Positions 46,355 to 60,190 of a stretch of 64,000 bases of DNA are shown here, piece after piece. The DNA comes from Eukaryota sp. GEM-RC1. Taxonomy: Eukaryota. Position numbers and translations under genes: made by a program. The stretch covers positions 3,038,001 to 3,102,000 of the forward strand of contig JAUFOQ010000001.1 of the NCBI GenBank assembly GCA_040285855.1, written 5' to 3'. Positions within the stretch are counted from its first letter, which is position 1; each line of letters opens with the position of its first letter. The notes beneath the pieces are model-generated. The model did no database searches and was not told where the DNA came from. It saw only the letters and a program-made list of their open reading frames with translations.

Positions 46355-46799
46355 TTTTGATCACTGCATAGAAATGTTATAGTGTCTTTATCAGCTTGAA
46401 ATGAATTGTTTGATACAGATTCCCATAGTTTATGAGCTAAGTCGTCGTTTTCGTTTCTATGTTATCGCTTTGACACTTAATGTGTACAACTCGGTTCTAC
46501 ACCTTCCATCTCTTTCAACACTCTCTGCTGCAACATTACATTGACAACACTTATCAACCGGTGAATGTTCTCTTCAGTAGAGAAGGTCTAGTTCTTATGT
46601 GAGACATTTCGAATCTAGATCTTCAATAAACTATGCCTTTTATTGGTTACGCAATGGAAGTTGTTGGTTCAACCCCACAAAATAGCATCTCTAACAGTGT
46701 GTCAGTGACATCTGACTGATAAACAGGAAACACAAAGTCTTGATTGATAATCTCAAATCTAGATTTGCCTGAATTTTCTGTTTCAATATGTGGAATACT

Positions 46800-47769
46800 T
46801 TTGACATGCTCTTCGATGCCAACATCGACATTCGTCAACTGTGCTGTAACGCCAGTGAAGACACAATTGTCTAAGCTGTTTGGACCTACTATTGGTTGGG
46901 TAAAACACAAGATGAAATTGCTGAATACTATTGTGATTCTCAGCCTACTATTAGCCGTTGGATAGTTTCAGCTTTTTAAACCAAAAGAGGAAGAACTTGA
47001 GCCTCGTCTTAAACTGAGTGCTGCCGATTTGTCCTTTATTCAAAACACCCAACATCTTCATCCACTTCTGTATCATAGAGAAATTGCATCTCTGGTTCAC
47101 AAAGAGTGTGGCAAGAAAGTATCTTTAGCCACTATTCAGAGAGCCCTGGTCAGAATGGGCTACAGCCATAAACTTCGCAGAGCCAAGTTAGAACTAATTT
47201 TATCGTTTGAAAACAGAATAAACCACCGAGGTACTGTACTTATTAACCAACTGGTTTTCATTGATGAAGTTTCATTTAGAACATCAGACTTTCAAAGATC
47301 TTCAGGTTGGTCATTGAAGAGTAAGGAGATTGTTATTGAACAAGTTGATCTAGCTTATCACAAAATCTCTGCATGTGTAGCAATTACTCAACACGGCTTT
47401 TTATGTGCATTTGTCCATTATGGGCATTTCTCTCCATTGCAATTTGTGAAGTTTATTCAAAATCTCTTATTTCACGGATATTTGGGAACAAGTGGTTTTG
47501 CTCGAAGCTGTATTATTTTGGACGGTTGTGAGATCTATGTAGCTGTGAAGATTTCTCAGGCCCTGAGAAAAGCAGGAGTTGAGTATTTTGTGTTGCCTCC
47601 CTATTGTCCCGAAAGCAACCCTACTGAGGTATTTTTCAAAGTGTTTAAGTCAAAAGTACTAGACTTTTTTGAACATAACCCACGAGGAAACAAACTTGTC
47701 GATTTGTTTCGAGTTCTTGATACAAATATGCGGTTTTCTTGTCACAAAATATTTGCACACCGTGGGTGA
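46800..47769 (+). mobile_element. IS630/Tc1-mariner (DDE_3) transposase, frameshifted
   Basis: HTH 'TQDEIAEYY...QPTISRWI' and 'VSLATIQRAL'. Catalytic 'FIDE', 'ILDGC' and 'LPPYCPESNPTE'. TIRs not found. Confidence 0.85.
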
Positions 47770-50459
47770 TCAAATGAAACTTTCTTCAAGTCAACCTACA
47801 GGACCATTCAATGCTTTCTGTCAATTTAGCAGAATAGATCACTAATAAATATGTTATTCTTTATTTTCCTTGAGCTACTAATCAGTGGTAGAAGGGTTTT
47901 GATAACTAGAAAAACCAGGAGGGTCAGGACAGTCGGATGTTCTATCTAACTGTCTTCCAACCTCGGGAGTTAATATTGCTCTGGAAGAAGTGTGTCTAAT
48001 AACAGATCCTACGATTGAGCTTTCATTATCAGAACAGTCGGACAAGATAAAAGGGGAAAGAAAATATGGAATTCCAGGAAAATACAGATGACTTAAAATT
48101 CACAGATACTACATACTCTTCGACAGAATGTTAAAGAAAACTACCCTTAAGTCATATAAATTAATTATCCCTTGTTGGAATCAATAATTTATAATAAGAG
48201 ACACTTTTTGTGATAGAAATTTCTTCCGTCACATATTAAAATCACGGCATCACTGTTGTCACTTTTCAATTTTTAACTTAAGTAAAACCAATTATATGCA
48301 ATGATACTGTAGCATTAGCTTTCTGAGGAGGTTTACCTCTTCTGAGTAGTTCATGTGAGAAGATTCACTTGGAACAGAACTAGGAAGGAGGCGATGATCG
48401 TTCAAGGGATCAAAACACAAAGAAAAGGAACGACGTCGTCTGTTGCTGCACTGGACGCCACGTTGTTGATATCTAGATAGTTGGTAGTGAAGGGGGCTTC
48501 AGAGGAAAATTCACTTTTCTCGAGATGTGGAAGGAAAGTGGAGTAGTAGAAATGTAGTACGGCTTGTGAATGACAAAGAACTTCTTCTTTTTTAAAAGAA
48601 CGAGGAGGATCACCATGTTGGTCCAACATCATGATTTCTTGCTTCACGATGTTTAGGAGAATCATACGGGCATTAGCAGTAAACATCAGAAGGAAACTGA
48701 CGGTTATATACGAGAGATGAGATGCTTAGCGAAGAGATCTTTGCTTACGTCTCTCTACCTAACTTGCTACTACATCTTCATCTATCTGTAATTGTCTCCA
48801 TGGACTGTTCCACCACTTACTAGTGATGCCCATTGCTACTGATACTAGCATCTCATCTTTTACTTCTCGTATTAAACCCCCTTCTCTGCAATTAATTCTC
48901 TTTGGATTACAGCTGATGGTTGTTATCCCCGTAGAAGTCTCAAAGATCGTGTATCTGTATTGGTCTGTTCTAATACTCTTTCTTTCAGGTTTGATTGCTT
49001 CTCTTGGTAATGTTGCGCATAACATTGCATGGCTTCATCGACGAATCTCACCGGCAAAATCTTATCTTCCTTCCTAAGTCTTCCTCTGAAAAGGAAAGTA
49101 GTCTACTGTTTGTCTGAGCTGATGTCATAATCGATACTATCAGGTAACTCCCCTTACACCTCCTTGACTACCCTTGACTTTTCTTGACTTCAAGGGAAAG
49201 AGTGGTACAATGAGACGGAGGACTTGCAATAGGAGCCTTTGCTGTCTCTAGTATCCCTCTTTAACTCTGACTTCTTAAGACTTCTGATCAGCTCTTCCAC
49301 AGTTTCCTACTGTAATATCATTACTTGGTCATTTAAGTTTGGTCTGATTGAGCTTTTTGTATCATTTTCATGAGATTATGGGGAGTTACGGGAGTCCTCG
49401 TACTAGGAAGGTTGTCTGGGTGTTGATTCTGTTACTGATGCTCTACATTCATACATGTAAAGTGCCTTTCATGGTTATTTTAAAATTGAAGACTTTATGG
49501 CTGTTGTGTTTTGTAGTTCTATTCGGTGTGAGGAAGTAATTTCATCCACTTAGAGTTTCAAACCCGTGTATCTTCAAACCAAATGTTTAAAAAGTTCAAT
49601 AACCAACACTGTTCTTGAGAACAACTTTCTCACGGTAATTTGCTTCCTCGTCAGTGCCAAAATGATCTTAGCTTTGCTGGTCAATCAAGGCAGTGTCTGT
49701 TGTTGAGGAGATCAGCATAGAACACATGATTTGTAACTAAATCAAATATAGCGAGATCCCAATGTGATCATTTAGAATGTAAGCGTCATTGAAAGCACTC
49801 ATAAATGTGAAAGCTCCAACCTTGTTTCTTTCTGCAACAAATTACCTTGAAAACGATCTCCTAGAGTACTGTTGTCTTTAGGTCCTGGATTGGACTCTAT
49901 GTCTCCGTCCGTGGTCAAGTCATGGTAAAACTGAGACGATTGTTGATTTATTGCCAAACGAAGGGATCTGAGGACAGATGTAAAAATATCACAACTGAAA
50001 ATCTGGCAAATCGAAATAGAGCAAAACAGAAGAACTTAGATAACAGAATAGCAACAATAATCGAAGCTCGACCGTAGGTAACTTAATACCTTTGGTGTCT
50101 GTTGCATAACCTTTTGGTTATGATCAAATACGGAGCAACGATGAACAGAACAACGAAGCAAAAGTTTAGAGTACATCGGGGGCCTCAAAGTACTTGATGA
50201 CGTATTTCGTATTAAGAACTGACATTCTTTCATAATTTTAGACAAGCGAGGTTAAGAAGCGATGTAAAAGATTTTTTCCAACAAAATTGACTTCAAATAG
50301 GGATATCACTATTCATAAATGATGTCAACTGTGACATCTTGACATCTCACGTAGTGCCACGTGTGATTACATTATTGCGTGTCACTGATATCACGTTATA
50401 TTCAAAACACGCAGAAATATAATATCGATTATCTCAAAATTCCCCTCATGGATCCTATA

Positions 50460-51254
50460 AGTACGTCTGCATTTATGATATTGAGAGTTCCGTATTTGTC
50501 AAATAGGGTAAGATGCGGTGTCTTAAGTGTTCTTTCATAGTTTGGGGACTTTGCCACTTACTACATCGTTTCTTTCTTCTTCTTCCAGGGTCCTCGACAA
50601 AGACTTCCTCAGAAAAATAGGTTAAGAATTCTTCTGGAAAGTCATAATTCGGCATGCTAGCAGTTGCCAAGCCTTCCCAAATGGTTTGAATTGGCAGCAA
50701 TACTCCATCCTTTGAAACAGTCAATGTTACAGTGTTACTTCTCTTGTCGCCACTTCCTAAAATCTTAATTTGTTTGGATCCGACTGTAGCATACGTTCTG
50801 TTCTTACATGGGACTCATGGTGTCATAGTCTCATCCATCATGAGCACTAATCCCGGATGATATTCCTCAGAGACTTCTTTAAAGTTTGGCACATTTCTAG
50901 CCCAGCAATGTATTGCTCTTCCTGAGTCAATTGTCTGGACGAAGTGACCCTTCGACTAGGCAGTTACGCTTATCGTGACGTGTTGACGAGCAAACACTGC
51001 ACTTTCTAGGTAAACGACGCAAGCCTGCCTTTTTGGGAGGAACTCCAACGCATGTGGTATGATAGGACTTTGGTTGCCCAATCATGTTTGAGTTCGATTG
51101 GTCCTCCATTTTCTTTCAACATGGATGCTTGACCATCTTTTCGCAAAACTCCCTTTGCGATAGCGATCGCAGTTGGTGGAGTTATTGATCCTCCGGAATC
51201 TCGGATTGCGGTCAGCATGATCTTCAGCCGACCAAACTGATCTTCTGACATCAA
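50460..51254 (-). mobile_element. Degraded pogo/DDE_1-type transposase
   Basis: 'MDET', 'TYATVGSKQIKILGSGDKR', 'DGVLLPIQTIWEG' and 'WQSPQTM...ILPY' blocks with stops and shifts. Confidence 0.7.
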
Positions 51255-52374
51255 CAGTGATCTATGTCTTATGCACTAACAATTTCCAATCAATATTGAT
51301 TCTAATAATGCCAAAAACCTAATTCCCGTGTTCCACATTGCTGTGAAAAACTTCACTTAAACTGCATTGTTATCAAAACTAATTTCATCAGAATTTTCCT
51401 CATTAGTTTGTGCTACTTCTACTTGTTGTTCCAAAAGTCGGTCATCATATCCCCAAAGTGACCCCCAAGCTATCTTTAAAATACGCCAACGTTAAAATTA
51501 CGGAAATTATATACAATGTATGCCCCTAGTGAGAATATAAATAATCTGTTTTCGTGCCTTATACATGTATATTGAAACTTCATAGTATCATTCAGTCCTT
51601 TTTATGAGAGAATCACCAGTGCCAATCCTCTATGGACATACCGTACAATCTTCGAACTGTTCCAAGTCTAAAAACTGTCCCACACACTTTGTTTAGGTTA
51701 GGTCAGGGGTCGGGAAAAAATATATATATCGCAGTATTTAAATATTTGTCATAAAAAATATATATTTTTGTACACGTAGATAAAAAAATATCTATTTTAA
51801 TTTTTGCAATGCTGTATTTATTGCAATATTTTAAAAAAAACGGGGTTTATGATCAGTCAGTGGAATAAATGCATTTGCAGAAGTTAATAACTAACAGACA
51901 CTAACTAAAGTATCTAAACTATGATCCTTCTGTCCATCACCGAACAACTTACCTAAAATTGAATTAAAATATCTGTGCATTGAACGAAACAACGCAAACG
52001 TTAACCTACTCAACCAAAAATTTTCATTGAAAACTTTACCATACTCAGAACACAATATACCAAAGGAAGTTAAAAAACCTTGTGCAGCTGGTCCAATATT
52101 ACCGTATAACGACATCGCAAAAGGTTGAAACACAAAAGAATTGTACCTGTCAACATTCAATTGGTTAATTAAATGACAGTACTTTGTATTTTTTCCTTTT
52201 TCAGCCACTTCAAGAGCAGAAAAATCATCATTAAAATTTTTGGAAATTGATCTTGAATTACAAGGATCAACAGTCGTAAAATCCATGATAATTTCCTGAC
52301 AAGATAACCAAGGACCAATCAAATCACCACGACTTCTATCAACTTTTGGCTGAACAGAAAGATTAACAAGTAAA

Positions 52375-52450
52375 TGTTGGTCTTAGTCATATGAATAGAG
52401 AAAAGTGAATTTATTATACAAATAGGTCCTGATGAGTCATGACACTAACA
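52375..52450 (-). repeat. 3' LTR (76 bp)
   Basis: Identical to 58555-58630. Confidence 0.95.
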
Positions 52451-55400
52451 TTACTTCTTCCCCTTTTTCGAGGACCTAGTCCTCTTAGCAGGTGGAGTAG
52501 TGAGAATGACGGAATCAGGAGTGTTACTAGAGTTTGAGTTACGATTACGACTAGCTCTAGGTTTACCTTTAGGTTTAGATTTGGGTTTGGCGTGAGGATT
52601 TAGTTTAATAAAACTTGAGTAAGCATTAGCGTTCTTAACCAGACTTAGAGGTTCCTCAGTAGTATCGCCGTCAAACCATACGACGGAACATATGGGGCCT
52701 GTATGTGAATCACGTTGATCAAGGATCCCGATGATGACCATCTCTTCAGAGTCACAAGATGCTACTGCTTTGTGGAACTCATCAGAGGAGGGTTTGTCGG
52801 ATAGGTACTTGGTGCATAGATGAATGCTGGAGCGGAAGCGATGTCCGGTGACAAAGTTCTGCAGTTCGAGTGAGCTTTTGGAAGGTATATCAATTACGAG
52901 GTACGGTCCCTCTTGTTTGCCATGAAGCTTCTTAGCTGCTTTGTTACTTCGTAGTACTAAGTCACCGATAGCGAATAGCGAGGGTGTATCGACTGTAGTA
53001 ATGGAAGATTTGATAGATGATTGGGTGGTTTCTGCTTCTTCCCGTTTTTTCAAAATTCTTGTTAATTTTGATTGGTAATCAGCTAGAAAGGAATCTTCTG
53101 AAATCTTGTTCTGAGTAAGACAAGAGATGATTTTACTTGGATCACTACCAAGTAAAATCCAAACACCAATTCGTACGGTGTAAAGCCAGTTACTCTACTC
53201 TTCGTAGTGTTTACCAGCAGTTGTACTAATGGGATGTATTTACTCCAGTTGTCATAGTCATTGAAGTCTATGAGCATCTTTCGTAAAGCTTGTAGGATGT
53301 CTCTGTGTCGACGTTCAACTAAACCGTTGCTAGGAGAGTAACTAGGTATAGATTTATTAGTTGTGATGTCGAATTGATTGCAGACATCATTGAAAACGTG
53401 ATTAGCAAACTCTTTGCCATTGTCACTGTGAATGAGGTCTGGAATGCCGAAGATGGCACAAACGTTGCACACTAACGAATATGCTGTCTCGTGAGCATTC
53501 AGTTCCTTTAGTGGACATAGAATAGTGAATCTGGTGAATGAATCTATGAACACTAGTAGGTAAATGTTTCCCGATGTGTCAGTGGGGAGTGGTCCAATGG
53601 TATCGACGTTCATCTTTGCAAATGGTTTGTCGGACCATAAATTACCTGAAGATTTGATAGTTGTTTTGGCAAGGGGAGCTGTCTTTTGACAAGCTGGACA
53701 TTGCCTGCAGTGAGTTTTCTTGTCTTTGATCATGCTAGGCCAGAAGTAGTCACTAGATTTTAGCCGATCAATGCTATCTTTAGTACTGGGGTGACCTGCA
53801 TGTCGAAAACCGTGTAAGTGGTTCAAGGTGGTGTTCACCAAGGCACTTGGTATCAAGATCTTGTTGTTGCTATTCATGTATAGCTGGAACTCTTCATTGA
53901 ACCAAGTAGACGGATGTTGGAACAATGGATCGTTATTTTTGATGGCTTCTACTTGTGTAGAGCGTACTTTCGAAAGCCAAGCGTCGAATAACTTCGATTT
54001 GTTGATCAGAGCATCGTCAATCATGTTGATCGACTCTGTTGATCAAGTTTGATATTCTGTATCCTCATCAGTAGGACATAGGCTATCGGTTATAGAGAAC
54101 AAATGCTCTGGGCAGTTTGTGACTATGTTGTTTATAGACCCTGTTGGTACGTCTTTAATAACGTTGCGTGACATCATGTCAGCCCAATGGTTGTCTTCGC
54201 CACTGGTGTGGACTATAGTGAATAGGTATTCACTGAGAATAGGGATCCATCTTTTGACCATTCTATTCTTTTCAGGTGCTGAGATAAAGTAAGCGAGGTT
54301 CTTATGATCTGTGAAGATCGTTAGTTCCCTGCTGATAAGGTACGACGACAGTTGGGATTCTGTTAGAATCAGGAGAATGGCGTACAATTCCTTTTGGATT
54401 GTGGCCCAGTTTTGTTGAGAGTCAGTGAGTAGTTTGCTGTAGAATGCTAGTGGTTCTACTTTGCGTTCGTTCAGTGGAGTTCCCTCAGGTGAATGAGGAG
54501 TGCATTCCAACCAGACGACACCACCTACGGCGATATCGCTGGCATCTGCGCTGATCAGTACGCGTCTATCTTTGTCTGGTAGACATAGTGGCATGTGATT
54601 GATTATCCTCTTTTGATTTCATCAAAATTTGATTGAAGTTGAGGTGTCCAATGAACTGTTCGTGCTTTGTTCTTTACTAGGGCTATTATGGGAGCTAGTA
54701 AGTCAGATGCATCTGCTATGAAATCTTTAATGTAGTTGATAGAACCGACGAAACTTCGAACTTCTTTGATGGTGGTCGGTGTTGGTATGTTTACCAGAGC
54801 TTCTACACGTTTTGAATCGATTCGACGAGTGTTGTCGATGTATTCGCAACCTAAGATAGTTATAGGATGATTCTTTGTTATGAACTTGCACTTGTGTAAG
54901 CCAAGGTTGACTCTATAGAGTTGAGCTCTCTCAAGAACGAATTTTATTCTAGATAAGTATTCATCAAAAGTTTTGGCGACTATGATGATGTCATCGATGT
55001 AGATGAATATTCCTTCGTGGTCGAAAATATCCATCATTAAGTTTTGAAAGATTGCTGGTACGTTCTTCAAACCAGAACAAGCTCGTTTGAATCGAATGGC
55101 TAGGCCATGGATGACTAGAGTTGTCTTGTCGCGTTCGTGAACCGCAGATTCAGTTGCCAAAATGCTTTTGGCAGGTCGAGAGTGGCTATGTAGTTAGCTT
55201 CACTCAGGAATTCCTGTATGTCTGCGATTCTCGGTAGATTCGGTTGGACAGGTTTAGTAAGTTCGTTGACTCCTCCAGTACCACTGAAGTCACCAGTAAG
55301 TCTAGGCTTACGATGATCGGGGTAGACCACAAGTACTACCGGGGAGCTGAATTTTCCATTGGGTGTAGTATACTCAGCGTAACCCAAACGTACTAGTTCA

Positions 55401-58400
55401 TGAAAGGTTTCTTCGGCTATCCTTTGTTTGACTGGATTAAGCCTCCGAGGTTTTCGTTTCACTGTGGACTCTTCGTTGTAGAAGTCAATTGTCATCGGTG
55501 GACAATCGATGCCATCTTTGTGGGGAACGGAATCGAAAATAACTGAGAACTCATTGAGTAGATTCAGTAATTGATTGGTTCTATCATCGTCATCTAATGT
55601 GATTGAACAACCGGAATCATAAACAAATTTATTGAAATCTATATTGTCTATGATAGAAAGGCTATTGGGCATAGATATGTTGGAGTCGAACTCAGACTCG
55701 TCGTTACTATGAGCTAACATAGTTTGTTGAACCGGGATGATTAGTCCCTCTTCAGTCAGTAAACCCAACTGCTTCATGAGATCAATACCTAACAAACATT
55801 TGTTGGATCCAGGGATGATAGGTAAAGTCTTCGTCACAGATGTTAGGTGTGTCACCTTACTGAACTTGAAGGTCAAGATCCCTTGGGCGCTACCCAGTGA
55901 GTGAGATCTGACGTTGTTTGCAGATGTGAATGGTACGTTCTTGTTAATGAACTTCATTGAACATCTATCGACCAGGTCTCGTGTGATTACGGACATTGAT
56001 GCTCCACTGTCCCAAAGACCCTGAATCGAAACACCATTGATGGTCAGACTGCAGCTGAGGAATGGTGGTGGATCCTGGTGATCGATTATGCTGAATATTG
56101 AATTCAGGCTTAGTGAGTTCGTACCACTCGAATTACTGATGTTGTGGAGTGGGTTTATGTATGGATTATGTGAATCCGACGATGATGTGTTATCATTGTG
56201 AACAGTGTTTATCGATTGCACGAAATACTTACTATGTTTATTTTGTTTACGCGAACTATGACTACGAGTGGGAGGTTTCTTTGCCTCAGATCGTGGAAGA
56301 CGTTGATTCGCGGGGAGCTCGCTGCTACGACAGTCAGGGATGATTGCAAAGGTTTATCTTGTGATCCGGGGAGTCGCAAAAGCTACAGCAGTTATCATCC
56401 TTAGGAGGTCTATCAGATGAGTTTGAGCGATGCTTCTTTTTGAAAGGAGGGGCTGCATTGTGAGGGTTCTTTGAAGATGATTTAGACTTCAAATTTCCTG
56501 GGGCGAAAACTTTGGATGCTGAGCGTTGGATTGCTTTTGGGATGTCGTTCCAGGAATCCTTGTCTCTGTGCATGAGAATTTCCACGTTCTTTTGTTCAAG
56601 TTGAACATGTGTGGGACCGTTTGTCCATTTCTTGCACCATTGGTAATAGTGTTCGAGGATTGTTGAAAGAAAGAGTGTAAATCCTTGGAGTCTTTCCATT
56701 TGGGCCAGAGTTCTAGGTAGAGGGAGGCGAGACCAATGTTAGTCAAAAGAGCTTTGATGATGGTTCTTTCGTCCAGCATCGTGTGGGACGGTTCCGAGGT
56801 GGATTCAATCAGTGTACTTCGGTTAAGCACTTTATCAAATCGTTTGATGAAGTCGAGCCATCTTTGTTCATAATCTTGGATCGACCAGTTCATCTGAACT
56901 TCGTTTAGTTTATTTCTTGCGGTCAAGATGTCTTTAAACTGGGTTTTTAAGATGATCTGTCGGAAGAGTTCATCACTGGAAGTCGTTGCTGTACCTAGAT
57001 AGTTCATCTGTTGTTGAACCGGGTACGCAACAAGTCGAGAGACCCAATGAGTGTCGGCTTCCTTGGCAGCAATCCTTCCAATGTCGAAGAAGTATTTGGG
57101 ATCTCCGAGTGGTGAGGATGCTGGTAGTGTATAGTCCTTCTGGGCGGTACAGAAGCTCAATGTACTCAGCAATCCAATCAATGATTACGTCAACGTCATC
57201 CAGATTGTGAAGTGATTTCGGTTTCATCAACTTGTTCAAATCACTGGAGGAGTCAGTGGGTAACCGTTCAGCGAATTTCAGTACTGAGTACGGTGTGATT
57301 ACGTCAGTGTTGGGACTGTTGGAGCTGGATTGGGTTGGAGTAACCGGTTCAGGTGAGACCGATAGGGCTCCAACTCTGGTAGCAGTGTGGTCCTCTTCCA
57401 GCATGTGGTCATGTGGAAGTTCGTTGGGAAGTGGGGTGGTCGGTGCGTGGGGCTTTCTTGCAAAAACAAATCCGCCGGGCACATAAGGAGTGTTGGCTAC
57501 CAAGGGAGGAACTGTATCCGCGGAGTTGGTATTGACCGTTGGTTTTCTATGGAAGAAGCTGTTCACCGTGGTGTATCTTTCGAGGTTGTCTACTTGTTTT
57601 TCGATCGCCTCTACTTGATCTTTAGGAAGTGGATTCCGTAGGAGGTTGTAAGCTTGTTCCACAGTAACGAGGGAGTTTGGACGAGTTTTATCCATTATAA
57701 AGCCCATCAATCTGTCGTTACAGTCATGGATGTTCGAAACCTCAGGATCGAGGGGGATATATCCATTAGCTTTGCGTTGCCAATACCTTTTTAGTGTTCT
57801 GGCTGGTTTAAGTAGATACTGGTCTGTCTCTGCAAAACCGTAAGACTCAGAATTGTTCTTGATTGTCTTTGAAAGTGAATCCATTGATCTTTATCAATAG
57901 ACCCAAACATCTTCACATCGGCATTCCATAGCTCTCTCCAGGGACTCTTAGCGTGTAGAGGTGGAGGTACTCGTGGATCTTTAAACGGCATTACGAAACC
58001 TAATGGTGTAGGGGGTAATTTCGGAATAAAGGGTTCCGGTGTCCTAATAGGAGGTGTAGATCTCTGTACTATTGGGATGGGCGGGGGAGTTACCGAAGGT
58101 CGATAGGTCCATCCAACTTGTGGATTTGACTCAGAAGCAGGTGTTCTGTTGGAGGATGGTTCCTCGTTTTCATTAACATTGGGGGATGGTTCCTCGTTTT
58201 CGTCAATATTGGAGGATGGTTCCTCGTTTTCATCAACAGTGGAGGAAGGTTCCTCGTTTATAGTTATATTGGGGGATGGATCCTCATTTGGGTTTTCGAT
58301 AGAGAATGGTTTCTCGTTCGAAGTTCCATTAGAAGAAGGTTCTTCATCCGAAACAATGTCATAGTCCACAGTGTCATCCCAAGGGAGTCCATCTGGGCCA

Positions 58401-58570
58401 AGTTCCTTCACGGTGGAAGACTTGGAAGAAGCCAGGGCGGAACTGGAATCTTCACCTAGAACGGAACTAGGGTTTGGGTAAGTTTGGTTTCCAGGAGTGA
58501 AGTTCTCCGGAGTACACATACATTGCAACTCTTTGCAGAGGCCACAATAATTATTGTTGGTCTTAGTCAT
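52451..58570 (-). CDS. gag-pol polyprotein (several single-base frameshifts)
   Basis: 'CSFCDSPDHKINLC', PR 'WDSGAS', RT 'LDLPKAFWQ' and 'YIDD', RH 'DAS' and 'TDHKNL', IN H-H-C-C plus D,D(35)E ('VDTIGPLP', 'SDNGKEF', 'GLVER'), 'GPY', chromo 'ILDQR...VVWFDGDTTEEPLS'. Confidence 0.92.
58149..58300 (-). repeat. 30-bp tandem repeat in gag (NEEPSS/PN... units)
   Basis: About five copies of GG(A/G)GGATGGTTCCTCGTTT at 30-bp period. Confidence 0.85.
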
Positions 58571-58630
58571 ATGAATAGAGAAAAGTGAATTTATTATACA
58601 AATAGGTCCTGATGAGTCATGACACTAACA
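58555..58630 (-). repeat. 5' LTR (76 bp), contains the gag ATG
   Basis: Identical to 52375-52450. Confidence 0.95.
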
Positions 58631-59869
58631 TAAAGGTCCAATTTTTCCATGAAAACCATTAGCCTTAAACATATCCAAACATGTATCCCGGATACTGTTG
58701 TGACTAATTGATCGAAAATGAATAAATTGATGACAGTTAACTAAATGATGAAAATTTGAAGCCTTTGTACGACCACAAAGACATGGAGAATGCTTCAAAA
58801 GACCTGAAGGCCATAAACCTAACCTAAGTCTCATGTTTATGAGCCATTCATGATCCTTAAGATTAAAACAAAATTTTCTTGGCAAACCAGAAACAAATGA
58901 AGACGCAGCGCTTGAAGAAATATCATTCCAAAAAGCACAATAAGCGGGACTCTTAGTCTTAGCCAAGCTAATACGGTTTTTAAAGCCCAAGCTTTCGTGA
59001 AACAAAACAAACTTCTTCTGTAACTTGCGAACACACAAAGGCAAAGAGAAAATGCTTCTCTGCTGAATTTCCGTTACCCCAACAGGAAATAAATCTGACC
59101 ACAAATTGGAGTCAAGACTATCAATTAAATTTTAAAGACTAATGAACCACGCACAAGGTGAGTGAAGTAAAAAATCTTTTGTTTCCCATAACACAGGATA
59201 ACGATTCTGAAATTCAAACAAAAAATTCTTTGAAGACCCCAAAAAGGCACCATCACGCATGTACTTAGCTTTCGTGAAACCAATACCACCAAAAGAAGTA
59301 GAAGTGAAACAATGAGAAGGAAGTGAAGAGTCTTTGTTACCAACCAGATAACTAACAAAATTTGTGCGCAATGAATTTAAATTACCAGATAATTCGAGAG
59401 TTAGTTCAGGCGGTAAACCACGTAAAAAGTGATTAATTTTACCACCCAAACAAACTTGCAGCATAGCAAAAGAAACTTGTTTGCCTACATCTAGATCAAC
59501 GATTTGGTTAAGCTGCTGAAAGATACAATTATTCTTATGTGATAATATCTCCTTAATTTTGTCATCATTACCAATATAATTGCCCAAAAACTTGACACAT
59601 TCATCTGAATAATTGACAAACGGAATGGAAGATTCCCCAAAATTCAAATCAACTGAAGAACGTCCAATGACAAGACATTTTTGAAAATTAATTGACAAAC
59701 CAATACTTGAAGACAATTCAACAAAACGGGGAAAACTCGATTTAATGACTTCCAAAGGACCAACCAAAGAGGTATCATCAGCATTTGCAATATTTAGTTT
59801 TTTAGAGTAACAACAAAAAATACTAAATGGTCATGAAGACAGATTCTCAACAGCTGAACAAACCAGTGT

Positions 59870-60190
59870 TGCGTGCTTTCGTAAAGAGGAAGTGGAAGAA
59901 ACCGACATTGAAGAAGAGGATGGCGACGATGACGAAAGTGAAGAGTCAGATGTTACCAATTTTGAAGGTGCACTTGATTCCATTGGCCAACCCGACAAGC
60001 CAACCAGTAAGTACATTGATTTGAAGTGGATTCCAGGTACTTCTAATGTATTAGAATGATTGTTTAGTAGGGCTAAGTATGCATTCGGAGATTACCGATG
60101 TTCTCTGTCAAATAGCAGTTTAGAACCACAATTGTATCTGTTGTACAACAGAGACCTTTGGAACGAAGACGATGTAAGAAAAAATATTTC
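59870..60190 (+). pseudogene. hAT transposase C-terminal dimerisation-domain remnant
   Basis: 'KYIDLKWIPGTSNVLE*LFSRAKYAFGDYRCSLSNSSLEPQLYLLYNRDLW'. Confidence 0.8.

Larger units (their letters stand above)
52375..58630 (-). mobile_element. Full-length Ty3/gypsy chromodomain LTR retrotransposon
   Basis: Identical 76-bp TG...CA LTRs, 4-bp TSD TAAA (52371-74 and 58631-34), PPT AAAAAGGGGAAGAAG. Domain order gag(CCHC)-PR-RT-RH-IN-chromo. Confidence 0.96.
51832..59784 (-). mobile_element. 5'-truncated CRE-like RLE non-LTR retrotransposon, split by the gypsy insertion
   Basis: Starts at the RT '(Y)ADD' codon, then 'KFLG' and the zinc knuckle 'CLCG...HLVNC...HNSIRD'. Removing the gypsy and one TSD copy restores 'GPLLVNL...RGDLI...MDFT...AEKGKNTKY...FQPFAMSLYG'. 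Candidate TSD TTGCAATATTT at 51821-31 and 59785-95. Confidence 0.88.

Noticed and set aside
46800..51254. Fanzor/TnpB nuclease associated with the IS630 or DDE transposases
   Set aside because: No RuvC-I (D-x-G), RuvC-II or CxxC-RuvC-III pattern seen in adjacent frames.
52429..52450. Hammerhead ribozyme core CTGATGA in the LTR
   Set aside because: No GAAA after the stem-II candidate and no stems I or III. It is also antisense to the element.
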